From an uncultured virus (IMG/VR IMGVR_UViG_3300034198_015519) (lineage: Duplodnaviria; Heunggongvirae; Uroviricota; Caudoviricetes), in the IMG/VR virus record IMGVR_UViG_3300034198_015519, positions 1 through 64,000 of that record: a DNA stretch of 64,000 nt. The stretch is one strand, 5' to 3'. Numbering within the stretch: position 1 is the stretch's first letter; each line of letters starts with the position of its first letter. The position numbers and the translations under genes were made by a program. The notes beneath the pieces were generated by a model. The model did not search any database. It was not told where the DNA came from and saw nothing but the letters and a program-made list of their open reading frames with translations. Positions 1-9,623 of the stretch are shown here, piece by piece.

Positions 1-1
1 G

Positions 2-307
2 TATGTTATTGATACAACAGGTACATACCAAACATATATGGTGAACTACCCAATGATAGACTCAACAGGATGTTATAACTTCCAATTAGTTGTATATTGT
101 TATAATAAAACAATGAACTATAAGACTATCGTTTTAAATCAGAATGAGTATGTAGGATTCGTAGGGATTGACGAACTATCAGGTAACAGTAAACAACTTA
201 TTCGTGTTTCAGATTTAATGGGTAGAGAAGTTAAGATACAACCAAACAAGATGTTAATCTACACATACAGTGATGGATCTAAAGAGATAAAGTATATTAA
301 CGAATAA
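2..307 (+). CDS. Partial (5'-truncated) secreted protein with a T9SS-like C-terminal tail
   Basis: Frame is open from base 2. C-terminus VGIDE...IRVSDLMGREV...IYTYSDGSKEIKYINE resembles Bacteroidota secretion C-terminal domains. Confidence 0.55.
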   Translation, partial: YVIDTTGTYQTYMVNYPMIDSTGCYNFQLVVYCYNKTMNYKTIVLNQNEYVGFVGIDELSGNSKQLIRVSDLMGREVKIQPNKMLIYTYSDGSKEIKYINE

Positions 308-373
308 TATATTTCACATAAAGTAATTAGAATCCTCCATTGTAGAATGGGGGATTTTTTATATATTAGCATT

Positions 374-736
374 ATGAAAGATCTAACTAAATATGTAGAA
401 TCACTCCTTGATGGGATAAAAAACCCGTGTGAAGTAAAATATGTGGATAATGTATATTATGTGGATATTGTATATGACTACGGAAATAATGTAAATCTAT
501 ATCGTTTTGGTGATTTCTTAATAAAAAGCTTGGTTACTAAAACAGAAGCGATGTTAGCAACATATCTACCTGAGACTATGTTTAAAGTTAGTGTTAACCG
601 TATTAACATACCGATCGAATACCAAACTATTAATGTGACTTTTACTGTATCGTCAGAAATAGATTTAGAGGGGATTTCAAGTTATGTGGTAGATTATAAT
701 CCTATGGGTTATTTAGACAATACAAATCAATTGTAA
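374..736 (+). CDS. Hypothetical protein, paralog of the next gene
   Basis: Likely start MKDLTKY at 374, after a terminator and TATATTAG; shares its N-terminus and layout with 739..969. Confidence 0.65.
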   Translation: MKDLTKYVESLLDGIKNPCEVKYVDNVYYVDIVYDYGNNVNLYRFGDFLIKSLVTKTEAMLATYLPETMFKVSVNRINIPIEYQTINVTFTVSSEIDLEGISSYVVDYNPMGYLDNTNQL

Positions 737-738
737 AG

Positions 739-969
739 ATGAAAGACCTAACTGAATATATTGATTTAATTTTACAGGAATTAAATATCCCATTAACGGT
801 TAGTTTTATGAATGAGACTTATTTCATCGTGTTTAGTATTAAAGACCTTAGATACGATAACGAAATAGTTAGAAATTTAATTAAAGCGGAGGTAGATAAC
901 GTAATTAATAGATACATTCCTGAAGGGACTATTAATTACTTGATTAATATTAATGTATCACGATATTAA
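739..969 (+). CDS. Hypothetical protein (MKDLTEY paralog)
   Basis: Tandem ORF 2 nt after the previous stop, followed by a terminator. Confidence 0.65.
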   Translation: MKDLTEYIDLILQELNIPLTVSFMNETYFIVFSIKDLRYDNEIVRNLIKAEVDNVINRYIPEGTINYLININVSRY

Positions 970-990
970 TACATTCCATTCACTCACTAC

Positions 991-1020
991 AAAGGGAGAC
1001 TCCATACGGGTCTCCTTTTT
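991..1020 (+). terminator. Intrinsic terminator
   Basis: GGAGAC...GTCTCC stem followed by a T-run. Confidence 0.75.
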
Positions 1021-1042
1021 CGTTCATAAATGTATTGTATTA

Positions 1043-1245
1043 TTATCGGTTAATTAAACGATATTATAAGTTATCGGTTATATAGACGATATAGTTCTAC
1101 CGTTTACATTTCTATATAATATATGTGGTAATTATTAGGACATATCTTAAACCTTATTGTAATGGTCATTACAGTAATGTATATTACGTTAAGATAATAT
1201 ATGATTATTGTCATATATTTTCGTTTATATGATTATTATCATATA
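1043..1245. repeat. Three pairs of tandem short imperfect palindromes
   Basis: TTATCGGTTA...ACGATAT at 1043 and 1071; GTAAT-N4-ATTAC at 1159 and 1174; TATATGATTATTRTCATATA at 1198 and 1226. Confidence 0.75.
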
Positions 1246-1495
1246 AATCATTTCCCCCATTTACAATGGGTCCCCCATATATGAACGTAACATTATGGTG
1301 ACCTTTATAGTAACTTTATTTTATCATGTATATGGTGTTCACTAAAAGGGTATGTTCAGTGACACTGAACAATAGAAAATAATGAACAGTATGGTATGAT
1401 TATATGGTAAGTTATATAAGTTCTTTACTGATGATAGTTTTATCTTATATCATTATTGTCAGGTGAAACCTGATATATCTGATATGAATAATAAC

Positions 1496-1785
1496 TACCA
1501 CTTTCTACCACTAATATGGTGGTCTTTATGGTTGTTATCTATCGTTGGGGACATGACTTAATGACACGTTGAAGGGGATATTTTCGGTTCCCTATACGTT
1601 GGAAGAACTATAGGACTTCGTCTCCGCGGCTACTACATCATAGGGACATTTTTTAGCTGGAAAACGTCTATATATAAAAAAACCCTTCTATCACCACCAC
1701 TAGGGGGGATTTTTTACCCTCCTGATATGACCAGCGGTAAAAAGGGGTGGTAATTAGTGGTAAGACCATGTGGTAGAAAGTGGTA
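1496..1785. repeat. GTGGTA-N4-GTGGTA iteron-like motif, three copies (one inverted)
   Basis: TACCACTTTCTACCAC (1496-1511) is the exact reverse complement of GTGGTAGAAAGTGGTA (1770-1785); GTGGTAATTAGTGGTA lies at 1747-1762. Confidence 0.75.
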
Positions 1786-1936
1786 AAAGGGATTGTGCCG
1801 TGAGCGTTCGCTGACTGACATTTTGACAAAATCAAGCAAAATGGTAAAAATAGTTATCAACAATCCCCCCTGACAGTATGTCATCCCCAATTTGTTATTC
1901 ACAAATAGGTTAATATTTATTAACATTAATGTACAT

Positions 1937-2251
1937 ATGGACCCAATGATTAATTTTATAACAAAACATTATACCCCAACGATCACTGAGGACAGTATGG
2001 GGATGAAATGTATATTCAAACATAACGAAGGATTGACCGATGACGGAGTTGTCTATTTTGAATTCTCAAAGAGGGGATGGTCAAAGAAACCCATTGTTAA
2101 TAAAAGACAATATGTAATTGTCGATGCTAACATGGGGGATGTGTTACAGTTTTTAAATCAGTACTATAATTTATCTGAAGAGGATTACCACCAAGTAAGA
2201 ACATCAATCATTAACTTGGCAATAGATAAGATGGATACTTTCTATTCTTAG
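1937..2251 (+). CDS. Hypothetical protein
   Basis: ATG at 1937 (MDPMINF) downstream of TATTTAT at 1914; protein-like composition. Confidence 0.6.
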   Translation: MDPMINFITKHYTPTITEDSMGMKCIFKHNEGLTDDGVVYFEFSKRGWSKKPIVNKRQYVIVDANMGDVLQFLNQYYNLSEEDYHQVRTSIINLAIDKMDTFYS

Positions 2252-2415
2252 TCCATAGGTTCAATGTCTTCATCAGTAATCAAATGACGACGAATGAAAG
2301 AAGACACTTTAGAAGTGGGGAAATAGTTAAGGGTCATCATGGAACCCCCAATGAGTAGAACACCAAAGAGTGTTACATACCCGATGATAAGATTGATTAG
2401 TAGGATAGTTTTCAT
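2248..2415 (-). CDS. Small membrane protein
   Basis: MKTILLINLIIGYVTLFGVLLIGG hydrophobic N-terminus; TATACTTG just upstream. Confidence 0.55.
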   Translation of the reverse strand: MKTILLINLIIGYVTLFGVLLIGGSMMTLNYFPTSKVSSFIRRHLITDEDIEPMD

Positions 2416-2564
2416 ATGTACAAGTATAAGAAGAATATCTGAGACTGACAAGACCTTCCCTCACAAATAATGGGGACCTTTATTTTTTTTAATAAGACAG
2501 GTTGGAGTCTACACTCCAAGGGGTGTTGTTCCCCCAGCCCGACATCTCTCTCACATTGTCCATA

Positions 2565-2572
2565 CAAAGATA
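2565..2572 (-). promoter_or_regulatory. Bacteroidota-type -7 promoter element TATCTTTG
   Basis: Matches the TAnnTTTG consensus; intergenic, oriented towards the 2248..2415 gene. Confidence 0.4.
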
Positions 2573-3188
2573 GTGAATGTAATTGACACTACCAAACAAA
2601 CCATTTAGTTTTTTTAAATTAATCGTATATTTATATTATGAATTCGTTCCCCCCACAGTAGGGAGTTAGTTGTTCAGGAACCAAGTCGGTCCGTAAAGTT
2701 CAAGATGAATTTGTTCAACATACATTCTTTGTGATTCCCCCTGTAGAAGGAGGGGAATTTTTTTATGCCTATATAAAAAAATATAAGGCAGGGTGGAGTC
2801 TACTCGGTCCCCCTCGATTAAAAAGGTTACACCATAAAGGTACGGATAATAATCGACACCACAAAACAATCCCCCACATTTATTTCAGATATAGTTACAA
2901 ACAATTGTTGTGGATAACTTATGGTTCCCTACATAGGGGGACCTATACTTTGGCATACCCCCTCCTCCTCATATATTGGGGGCCCCCTCCCCCGTATCCC
3001 CCCTCTTATATGACACTTTGACAGGGTCAAAAAGGGGGTCAATCCCCCTTGCAGAGTATAAGTTTTAAAAAAGGTAATATGGTCTTAAAAAATATTTTGG
3101 GAAAAAATCTTTAAAAATCGGAATACCCCCTATATACGAAAAAAAAATTCCAGAAAAATTTTAGGAAAATTGGGGTATTTATTCTTAT

Positions 3189-3560
3189 ATGAAAAACCTC
3201 ATCAAACATATTTTAAAAGAAGAGACCAATAAGTCGGTTAGACTTATTTCCAAGTACTATGATATTGAAGGGGAGGGTTCCACATATCGTGGAGATAATC
3301 AATTTCAAACCTATGTCACATTCTTTCCAAAGAACTACGATGATGATATGACTCCTCTTGCTGGAACATCTAATTGTTATTGGGAGATTGATGAAGATGG
3401 GGAACTTGAATTTAAGTTTATGACTCTACCAATGGAAACAACAATACCTATTATGTCTTATATTGGGGACACCGAAGAATTGGAAGACTACTTGGAGGAT
3501 ATTCATGTAGAGGAAGCTGAAAAGTTCTTATTAAGGATTAATAAATCCCGACTTAAATAG
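3189..3560 (+). CDS. Acidic hypothetical protein with MKNLIKHILKEE leader
   Basis: ORF track; TATTTAT at 3176; terminator follows. Confidence 0.75.
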   Translation: MKNLIKHILKEETNKSVRLISKYYDIEGEGSTYRGDNQFQTYVTFFPKNYDDDMTPLAGTSNCYWEIDEDGELEFKFMTLPMETTIPIMSYIGDTEELEDYLEDIHVEEAEKFLLRINKSRLK

Positions 3561-3709
3561 ATTACCCCCAACGAATGGGGTTTTTTGTTTGACAAAATCT
3601 AACTTATTTTTTATCTTTACTCTACTATGGGAAATCCACTATTAATTATTTGCTTTATAATTGTATATGGACTATTGGCGTTAAATGATTACTTATCAAA
3701 AAAATAAAA

Positions 3710-4276
3710 ATGAAATATACATTAAACACTTATGGATGGTCAGCTGAATTCATCGGTAAATCCATCACCAAAGAAGAGACAGAACAAATTGAAAACCTTA
3801 TGAAAGAACGTGAGGTTGATGAGTTATCTGAGATAAGATTTGAGATTGAGGACAATATGGACTTTGATATGTGGGATGGAGATTTATTACATATCAACAA
3901 ATCATTGGATAACGGATATACTCACTTTGAATTAATTGGTGAAGGTGGAGAGGATACCGTTTTAAGGTTCAGTATTGATGACATCAAAGCAAATGAGAAT
4001 ACCAACGAATATAATGTATTTCCAACGAAAGATTCTGATGTATATTTTAGTGTTGATGAGAATAAAGGTGGAATCTGTTCATATGTATTTGAAACTGAGG
4101 ATATCCCAAATATTGATGATTTCAAATATACTGTTGGAATAATTGAAACCCCCTCTGATAATTATTGGCAAGTTATTGATGAGATTTTATATAAGGGGAA
4201 ACCTCTTGAGGTCTATGACCATCTTGATAGCAACGGCAAATCATCCAATTTAGAAATATTTAAATTCCCTATTTAA
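3710..4276 (+). CDS. Acidic hypothetical protein
   Basis: 188-aa ORF with an A-rich leader. Confidence 0.75.
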   Translation: MKYTLNTYGWSAEFIGKSITKEETEQIENLMKEREVDELSEIRFEIEDNMDFDMWDGDLLHINKSLDNGYTHFELIGEGGEDTVLRFSIDDIKANENTNEYNVFPTKDSDVYFSVDENKGGICSYVFETEDIPNIDDFKYTVGIIETPSDNYWQVIDEILYKGKPLEVYDHLDSNGKSSNLEIFKFPI

Positions 4277-4277
4277 T

Positions 4278-4799
4278 ATGGACCTTAATAAAATACGTCC
4301 CGAAGATTATACGTTCCCTCAGACATATTCCACATACAACGAATATAAGTCTATTCGTGAGGAATCTGAATTAAGATACCTCATCCATACAAAGTATTTA
4401 AAAATGTTGGGGGAGTTTATTGAAATGATGTACCCTGGTTTAAAATTTGATATTCATATTAGAAATAGAGATCCTAAAGAACGTAGACCTGATTGGTATG
4501 GTCATACATATATGGAACTTATTGTATTTGATATGATTGCCTCCCCCGTTTATAATCCTAATACGTTTGAACCTTCGTATCGAACCCCACATTGTCAGGA
4601 ATATATTAGCGGTGAGAGATTATATTATGATATTAATTCATATATTCCTGATATTAATAAACATCTTTTAATATCTTTTTTTCGTTGTAATGATTTTTCG
4701 ATGAACCTGACGGACATCCCTTCTTTTGAATGTTGGAGACAATATTTTATGTCGGACAGTAGAAGAAGAGAAATGTCTAGAGGGTACGATTACTTTTAA
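4278..4799 (+). CDS. Hypothetical protein
   Basis: 173-aa ORF abutting the previous gene. Confidence 0.7.
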   Translation: MDLNKIRPEDYTFPQTYSTYNEYKSIREESELRYLIHTKYLKMLGEFIEMMYPGLKFDIHIRNRDPKERRPDWYGHTYMELIVFDMIASPVYNPNTFEPSYRTPHCQEYISGERLYYDINSYIPDINKHLLISFFRCNDFSMNLTDIPSFECWRQYFMSDSRRREMSRGYDYF

Positions 4800-4808
4800 T
4801 TGTTGTAG

Positions 4809-4815
4809 TATTTAT
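4809..4815 (+). promoter_or_regulatory. TATTTAT putative phage (late) promoter, representative of about 28 copies
   Basis: The same heptamer recurs shortly upstream of gene starts across the window (listed in findings). Confidence 0.65.
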
Positions 4816-4832
4816 ATATAAAAAATAATATT

Positions 4833-5072
4833 ATGAAAAAAGTAATTAAATTAACCGAATCAGAATTAACAAATCTTGTTAACCGTATTGTTAGTGAGGA
4901 GATGGAAGATAATACTTTATACTCCGATATTATGGACGTTATAAGAAACTCTAATGCAAGTCACGAAGAAGCCGTTAGTATTTTAAGAAACATTGCCGAT
5001 GAAATGACATCAGATAGAAGAGTAAAACGTGATGCGGTATCTCGTTTTAGAGATTATAGATTGAAAGATTAA
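4833..5072 (+). CDS. Hypothetical protein with MKKVIKLTESEL leader
   Basis: Leader shared with the genes at 6609, 9992, 16598 and 60589. Confidence 0.8.
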   Translation: MKKVIKLTESELTNLVNRIVSEEMEDNTLYSDIMDVIRNSNASHEEAVSILRNIADEMTSDRRVKRDAVSRFRDYRLKD

Positions 5073-5223
5073 TACTAAATGTAAAAATATTTGAAACCTC
5101 ATCTTAACGGATGGGGTTTTTTGTTTATGGTGAGGTGTATTTTCTGGAAAAATTTTTTTACACCGAACCTCCCCCCCGCCCCCTCCTTGTTTTTTGTTTG
5201 GTTTATTTGTATATTTATTTTAC

Positions 5224-5607
5224 ATGAGAACGAACCAAAAACTTAAGGACCTACTTAAAGGATTATTTGAAAATAAACAATATGAGTCGACCATCATTGA
5301 CGAGGAATTATATTTTGATGATGTAAATTCTGAAATGTATGTTGATGACGAATATGTGTTCCGTTATACAATGAAGGTTGGAGCTGTTGTTGGTGAAGGT
5401 ACGGGAGCTGTTGGTGACATCCAAGTAATCATTTCTTCTATCACAAGAAACGGTGAAGATTTTTATTCCAATTGGAGATTGGATGAATATAGTTCAAATA
5501 CGTGGTATATGTCTGAATTGGAAGAAATAATTATTAGTGAGTATTTTGATTTAATCCCATTCTCAATATATGTTACTTTCTATGGGCATGATGAAAAGAT
5601 AACGTAA
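5224..5607 (+). CDS. Acidic hypothetical protein
   Basis: ATG at 5224 follows TATTTAT at 5212. Confidence 0.7.
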   Translation: MRTNQKLKDLLKGLFENKQYESTIIDEELYFDDVNSEMYVDDEYVFRYTMKVGAVVGEGTGAVGDIQVIISSITRNGEDFYSNWRLDEYSSNTWYMSELEEIIISEYFDLIPFSIYVTFYGHDEKIT

Positions 5608-5622
5608 GATATATTTATTTAT

Positions 5623-6264
5623 ATGAGAGTAATTATAACGGAATCACAAAACGCCATTCTTAGAAGATACGGAAGAATCAAGGAACTTTTTGATAACTAC
5701 TTGTTGGTACATAATATTACTGCATTTGATACTTTTGAAAGCTTCTTTCAAGGATTGTGTTGGGACATTGCTGTTGATATGATAGATAGAACAAAGATGG
5801 ATCAAGATTCATATGTTACTCTTAGAAACCAAATTATTCAGTTCGTTAAAAATCATTTTTATGAAGAATATAAAGAATGGTGGGAAAGACGAACAAACCG
5901 TATTTCTGAAAATGTATCACCAAAGGAAAAAAGCAAAAGGTTTTTAAAAGACGAACTTAATATTGATTTTACAAATGGTATTGAACAAATAACCTCATCG
6001 TATGATGTCCCAATGTCATTTGACGAGGGTATTGGTCCTGAATCGATTAGAAGGTTTTTGAACCATTGGGGTCCGATGTATCTTGTTAATATCAATGGTA
6101 AGAAATTCCTTTATCAAGACAGAGGTGAATTTGAGTGGTTTATTGATGAAGAAGGATTTGATTATGTTGATAATGAAATAATTGAAGAACTCGGTATTGA
6201 TGTAATGGGTTTAACTTTTTCTGATATTATTGACATGTATTTTAATGAGGAGGATAATATATGA
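5623..6264 (+). CDS. Hypothetical protein with MRVIITESQ leader
   Basis: N-terminal half is paralogous to 6261..6569 (shared VTLRNQI). Confidence 0.75.
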   Translation: MRVIITESQNAILRRYGRIKELFDNYLLVHNITAFDTFESFFQGLCWDIAVDMIDRTKMDQDSYVTLRNQIIQFVKNHFYEEYKEWWERRTNRISENVSPKEKSKRFLKDELNIDFTNGIEQITSSYDVPMSFDEGIGPESIRRFLNHWGPMYLVNINGKKFLYQDRGEFEWFIDEEGFDYVDNEIIEELGIDVMGLTFSDIIDMYFNEEDNI

Positions 6265-6569
6265 AAATTATAATTACAGAAAATCAATATCGTTTAATTC
6301 GTAGATCATCCCAAATTGATTCTATGGTTGAACCTATTATGGATTCTGTTTATAAATTTATTCAAGGGGAACAAAGTTTTCCATTGGATAAAAGAAACTT
6401 TGCCGATTTTAAACAAATTGTTGCTTATAAATTGGCCTCCACCATTATTAATAATGAATCATTTTTAGATAACGATGAAAAGGTCACATTGAGAAACCAA
6501 ATCCAAAGGTATGTCGAGACTAATTACTATTCTAAAATGAAAGATTATTTCATGTCACTTGCAGAATAA
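6261..6569 (+). CDS. Hypothetical protein with MKIIITENQ leader
   Basis: ATGA overlap with the upstream paralog. Confidence 0.75.
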   Translation: MKIIITENQYRLIRRSSQIDSMVEPIMDSVYKFIQGEQSFPLDKRNFADFKQIVAYKLASTIINNESFLDNDEKVTLRNQIQRYVETNYYSKMKDYFMSLAE

Positions 6570-6608
6570 ATAAAAATATATAATATTTATAAAATAAAAA
6601 AAATTACT

Positions 6609-7094
6609 ATGGAAAGATTAATTAGACTAACAGAAAGTGAGTTAATAAACTTGGTAGAAACTCTAATCAAAGAAGATGAAGACCAATGGGTTGATGATTC
6701 ACGAGAAATGGAAGATGAGACGGATTTTTCTAAAATGGAAATCCCTCAAGAAATAGCAAACGATAAACACTTTCAAAGAATTGTTAGATTTTTTGAAAAT
6801 AATCCAGAATTGGCTAATGAGTTGGGTCAAGAACTTGATGGTAGTTTGAATGAAGATTACGAATACAAAGATTATACTGACGCTCAACCAAAAGAAATTT
6901 CTAAAAACGAGTATTGGAGAAGAAAGTTGACTACTTTAGGTCTTGGAGCACTTGCGGGAGCAATTATGGCAATCCCAATGGCGGGTGGTCTTGGTGCTGA
7001 AGATATTTTAGAAATGGCATTGGCAATGGCTGCAGGTACTGCGACAGTTGCGGGTGGGTTAATTTCTAACGTAAGTAGAACAAAAATTAAATAA
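6609..7094 (+). CDS. Leader-bearing protein with a C-terminal hydrophobic hairpin
   Basis: MERLIRLTESEL leader; two Gly/Ala-rich hydrophobic segments at the C-terminus. Confidence 0.75.
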   Translation: MERLIRLTESELINLVETLIKEDEDQWVDDSREMEDETDFSKMEIPQEIANDKHFQRIVRFFENNPELANELGQELDGSLNEDYEYKDYTDAQPKEISKNEYWRRKLTTLGLGALAGAIMAIPMAGGLGAEDILEMALAMAAGTATVAGGLISNVSRTKIK

Positions 7095-7178
7095 AAAATA
7101 CCACATACAAAATATTTGACCCCCTCTCTATTGATTGGGGGTTTTTTATTTTCTATTATTAAATAAAAAAAATATATT

Positions 7179-7442
7179 ATGGCGAAAATTAATGTTTACG
7201 GGACGGAGTCCTATTGTAGTTGGATCTGTAGAGAACCAGTTGAGGTTGATACCGATAACTATCCTGAGTTAGAAGGAATGAGTGAAGAGGAAATGAAAGA
7301 ATATATACGATCTAACGCTTACGAGATGAAAGCGGTTAACGGAGAATGGTATGAGAACTTGGAGGAAGAATTAATGGCGAGCGATATTCGTAGAGATAAA
7401 ACCAACAACGAAGAAATGGGAATTATCTTTGACGGAGAATAA
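7179..7442 (+). CDS. Acidic hypothetical protein
   Basis: ORF track. Confidence 0.7.
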   Translation: MAKINVYGTESYCSWICREPVEVDTDNYPELEGMSEEEMKEYIRSNAYEMKAVNGEWYENLEEELMASDIRRDKTNNEEMGIIFDGE

Positions 7443-7449
7443 TTAAATT

Positions 7450-7704
7450 ATGGAAGAGAATAAACTAAAGGTCACAGTTGAGGTAACTATCGAAGGGGAT
7501 AATAATTATGTATTTGATATTTCTGCCCCTAACTCTTTGGATACTGATATGATTCGTTCTGTGCTGGTCGGAGGAGTTGCCTTATCTATTAGGGTTGAAG
7601 ATGGTCCTAAAAATCAGGCAAAGGCACTAAGGGATGTCATCGACTATTTGGAGTCCGAGTTTATTAATCCTGATTCCTTCTCTGATGCTAAATCATTTAA
7701 ATAG
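7450..7704 (+). CDS. Hypothetical protein
   Basis: ORF track; terminator follows. Confidence 0.7.
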   Translation: MEENKLKVTVEVTIEGDNNYVFDISAPNSLDTDMIRSVLVGGVALSIRVEDGPKNQAKALRDVIDYLESEFINPDSFSDAKSFK

Positions 7705-7757
7705 TTTAATCCCCACCTCATCAGTGGGGATTTTTATTTCTATTATATTTATAATAA

Positions 7758-8405
7758 ATGGAACAAGAAAAAATATATAAGTTATTTAAACTATTCGCAG
7801 GTGACGTAATAGACCTCCATGGTTTAAAAATAACCTTAACCTCAATTGGTAAAAGATTTAAAAAAGATGAAGAACAAAATGTGATGTATTTTGATATATT
7901 TAATCCAAATAAAATACCATATTTCACTACTATAGTTGCTGACGAATTAAACGATATTGTTGATTCTTTTGGGGAGTACGTCAATGAAGGTTTTTTTATT
8001 GAATTTGATGACGATGTTAAAGAAGGGTTAATTTTAAATAGTAAATTTTTAAAGGAAACTAAAAAGGTCTTCGATGATTTACCGTTTATATATTTTCAAA
8101 TCCAAAGTAGTGAAGGTCCTGTTGATTACAGGATATATGGTAAGAATCTTGATATCACCACCAATTGGGAACCTGATATGTTTTCAATAAATAATATTTT
8201 TAAACCAACCAAGGCAACGTGCGATGGTGAAGTTGCGGATATTAAAGAGGTGGTTGGATATTATGATGAGTTTTTACAAGGTGTTGAAACTTATTGGGAA
8301 AGTGAGAATATGTATCAAGAACTGGATTCTATAATAACTAAATACCCACTACTAAACGCCGATTGGGTTGCGACTTATTATGATACCAAGTTTAAGTTCG
8401 ATTAA
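7758..8405 (+). CDS. Hypothetical protein
   Basis: 215 aa; TATTTAT at 7746. Confidence 0.75.
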   Translation: MEQEKIYKLFKLFAGDVIDLHGLKITLTSIGKRFKKDEEQNVMYFDIFNPNKIPYFTTIVADELNDIVDSFGEYVNEGFFIEFDDDVKEGLILNSKFLKETKKVFDDLPFIYFQIQSSEGPVDYRIYGKNLDITTNWEPDMFSINNIFKPTKATCDGEVADIKEVVGYYDEFLQGVETYWESENMYQELDSIITKYPLLNADWVATYYDTKFKFD

Positions 8406-8435
8406 TCGACATATTTATAATAAAAAATATATACT

Positions 8436-9548
8436 ATGAAAAAGCTATTAAAAAAATTATTTAAAAAACTATTTGGTAAAAAGGGTTATGTTGCCCCTAC
8501 CCCTGAATCGTTAGAAGGTAAAATCTTAACGGCCCTGAATACCATTATTCAATCCGACACAATTCAAAGCTTAGAGTTTAAAGTTTCTTCAAGTTGTGAT
8601 AAAACTTCTGTCATTAATGACATTGAATTTTGTGATGAGGTTTACGTACATGACAGTTATGAAGAACAAACATTAAACGACGCCTGTATCCAAGCTTGTA
8701 AGGCAACTAAAGATGCTGCTTACGGAGTTTGTGATGCAACTAGACAAACTTGTAATACCGGATGTGATGCGGTTAAAGTGGGTTATGACGGATGTATTAG
8801 TGCTTGTGATGTGACAAGACAAGCTTGTAAAGGTGCATGTTCTACCGTTGACTGGACTTGTGGAGGTTGCTGTTCTAAAGGATGTGATTCTGCTTCTTCA
8901 TCTTGTAAGTCAGGATGTAATTCGGCTTTCCCTTACCAAAGTTGTACGGATAGTTGTAACAAGATGTCATCTGATTGTAAAGCAGGTGCCGACTCAATGT
9001 ATAATGGATGTGTTGACGCTTGTGGTTATTTAACAATAACAGGTGGATATTCATTTAGATTATTAAATATTAAAGGTGTTGGTACCATTCAAGTGACTAA
9101 CGTTTATGATGTTGTTGCTAAAGAAAATCAAACAAACGTGTTTAGTGTTACCATGGATTTAAATATTCCTCAAGTAATTGCTAATTCCCATTATAAATTA
9201 TGGCAAGATCCAATTCCTGCTGTTGAGGGAGACCTTCCTGTTGTTGCTTCAGGTGTTAAAGGTACAGGTAAAGGTACTTTAACTGTTGTTTGTGATGGTA
9301 CAGATAAATCAGGATATTATTTACAATTGGACTCTTTAACAATTCAGATTCCGACTAATATCTACGATTCAAACGCACTAACACAATTAGTTTATGCTCT
9401 TGGTATGGACATTAACTATATCACAGCAGGTATTGTTGATATGAACCAAATGTTGTTAGATTTGGCTAATGGTATGTTATCGGCTGAAGTGTTAAAAGTG
9501 ATTAATGGTATATTAGAAGATATGAAAATCTCCGACGCTAATTGCTAA
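8436..9548 (+). CDS. Cysteine-rich repeat protein
   Basis: Central CxxxC repeats with about 20 Cys; cationic amphipathic N-terminus. Confidence 0.8.
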   Translation: MKKLLKKLFKKLFGKKGYVAPTPESLEGKILTALNTIIQSDTIQSLEFKVSSSCDKTSVINDIEFCDEVYVHDSYEEQTLNDACIQACKATKDAAYGVCDATRQTCNTGCDAVKVGYDGCISACDVTRQACKGACSTVDWTCGGCCSKGCDSASSSCKSGCNSAFPYQSCTDSCNKMSSDCKAGADSMYNGCVDACGYLTITGGYSFRLLNIKGVGTIQVTNVYDVVAKENQTNVFSVTMDLNIPQVIANSHYKLWQDPIPAVEGDLPVVASGVKGTGKGTLTVVCDGTDKSGYYLQLDSLTIQIPTNIYDSNALTQLVYALGMDINYITAGIVDMNQMLLDLANGMLSAEVLKVINGILEDMKISDANC

Positions 9549-9568
9549 GCATAAAAAAAATAAAAGTG

Positions 9569-9600
9569 AAACCCTACCTTATCGGTGGGGTTTTCTTTTT
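9569..9600 (+). terminator. Intrinsic terminator
   Basis: AAACCCTACC-ttatc-GGTGGGGTTT followed by a T-rich tail; nearly identical to 10280..10307. Confidence 0.7.
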
Positions 9601-9623
9601 AAATAAAAAACCTATATTATATT

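Noticed and set aside
1021..1900. Possible CRISPR array in the gene-free region
   Set aside because: No constant repeat with unique spacers; each repeat occurs only two or three times; no cas genes.
2666..3021. ORFs 2666..2869 (-) and 2731..3021 (+), and likewise 1714..1926 (-)
   Set aside because: Non-ATG or weak starts, composition driven by homopolymer tracts, mutually overlapping; likely spurious.
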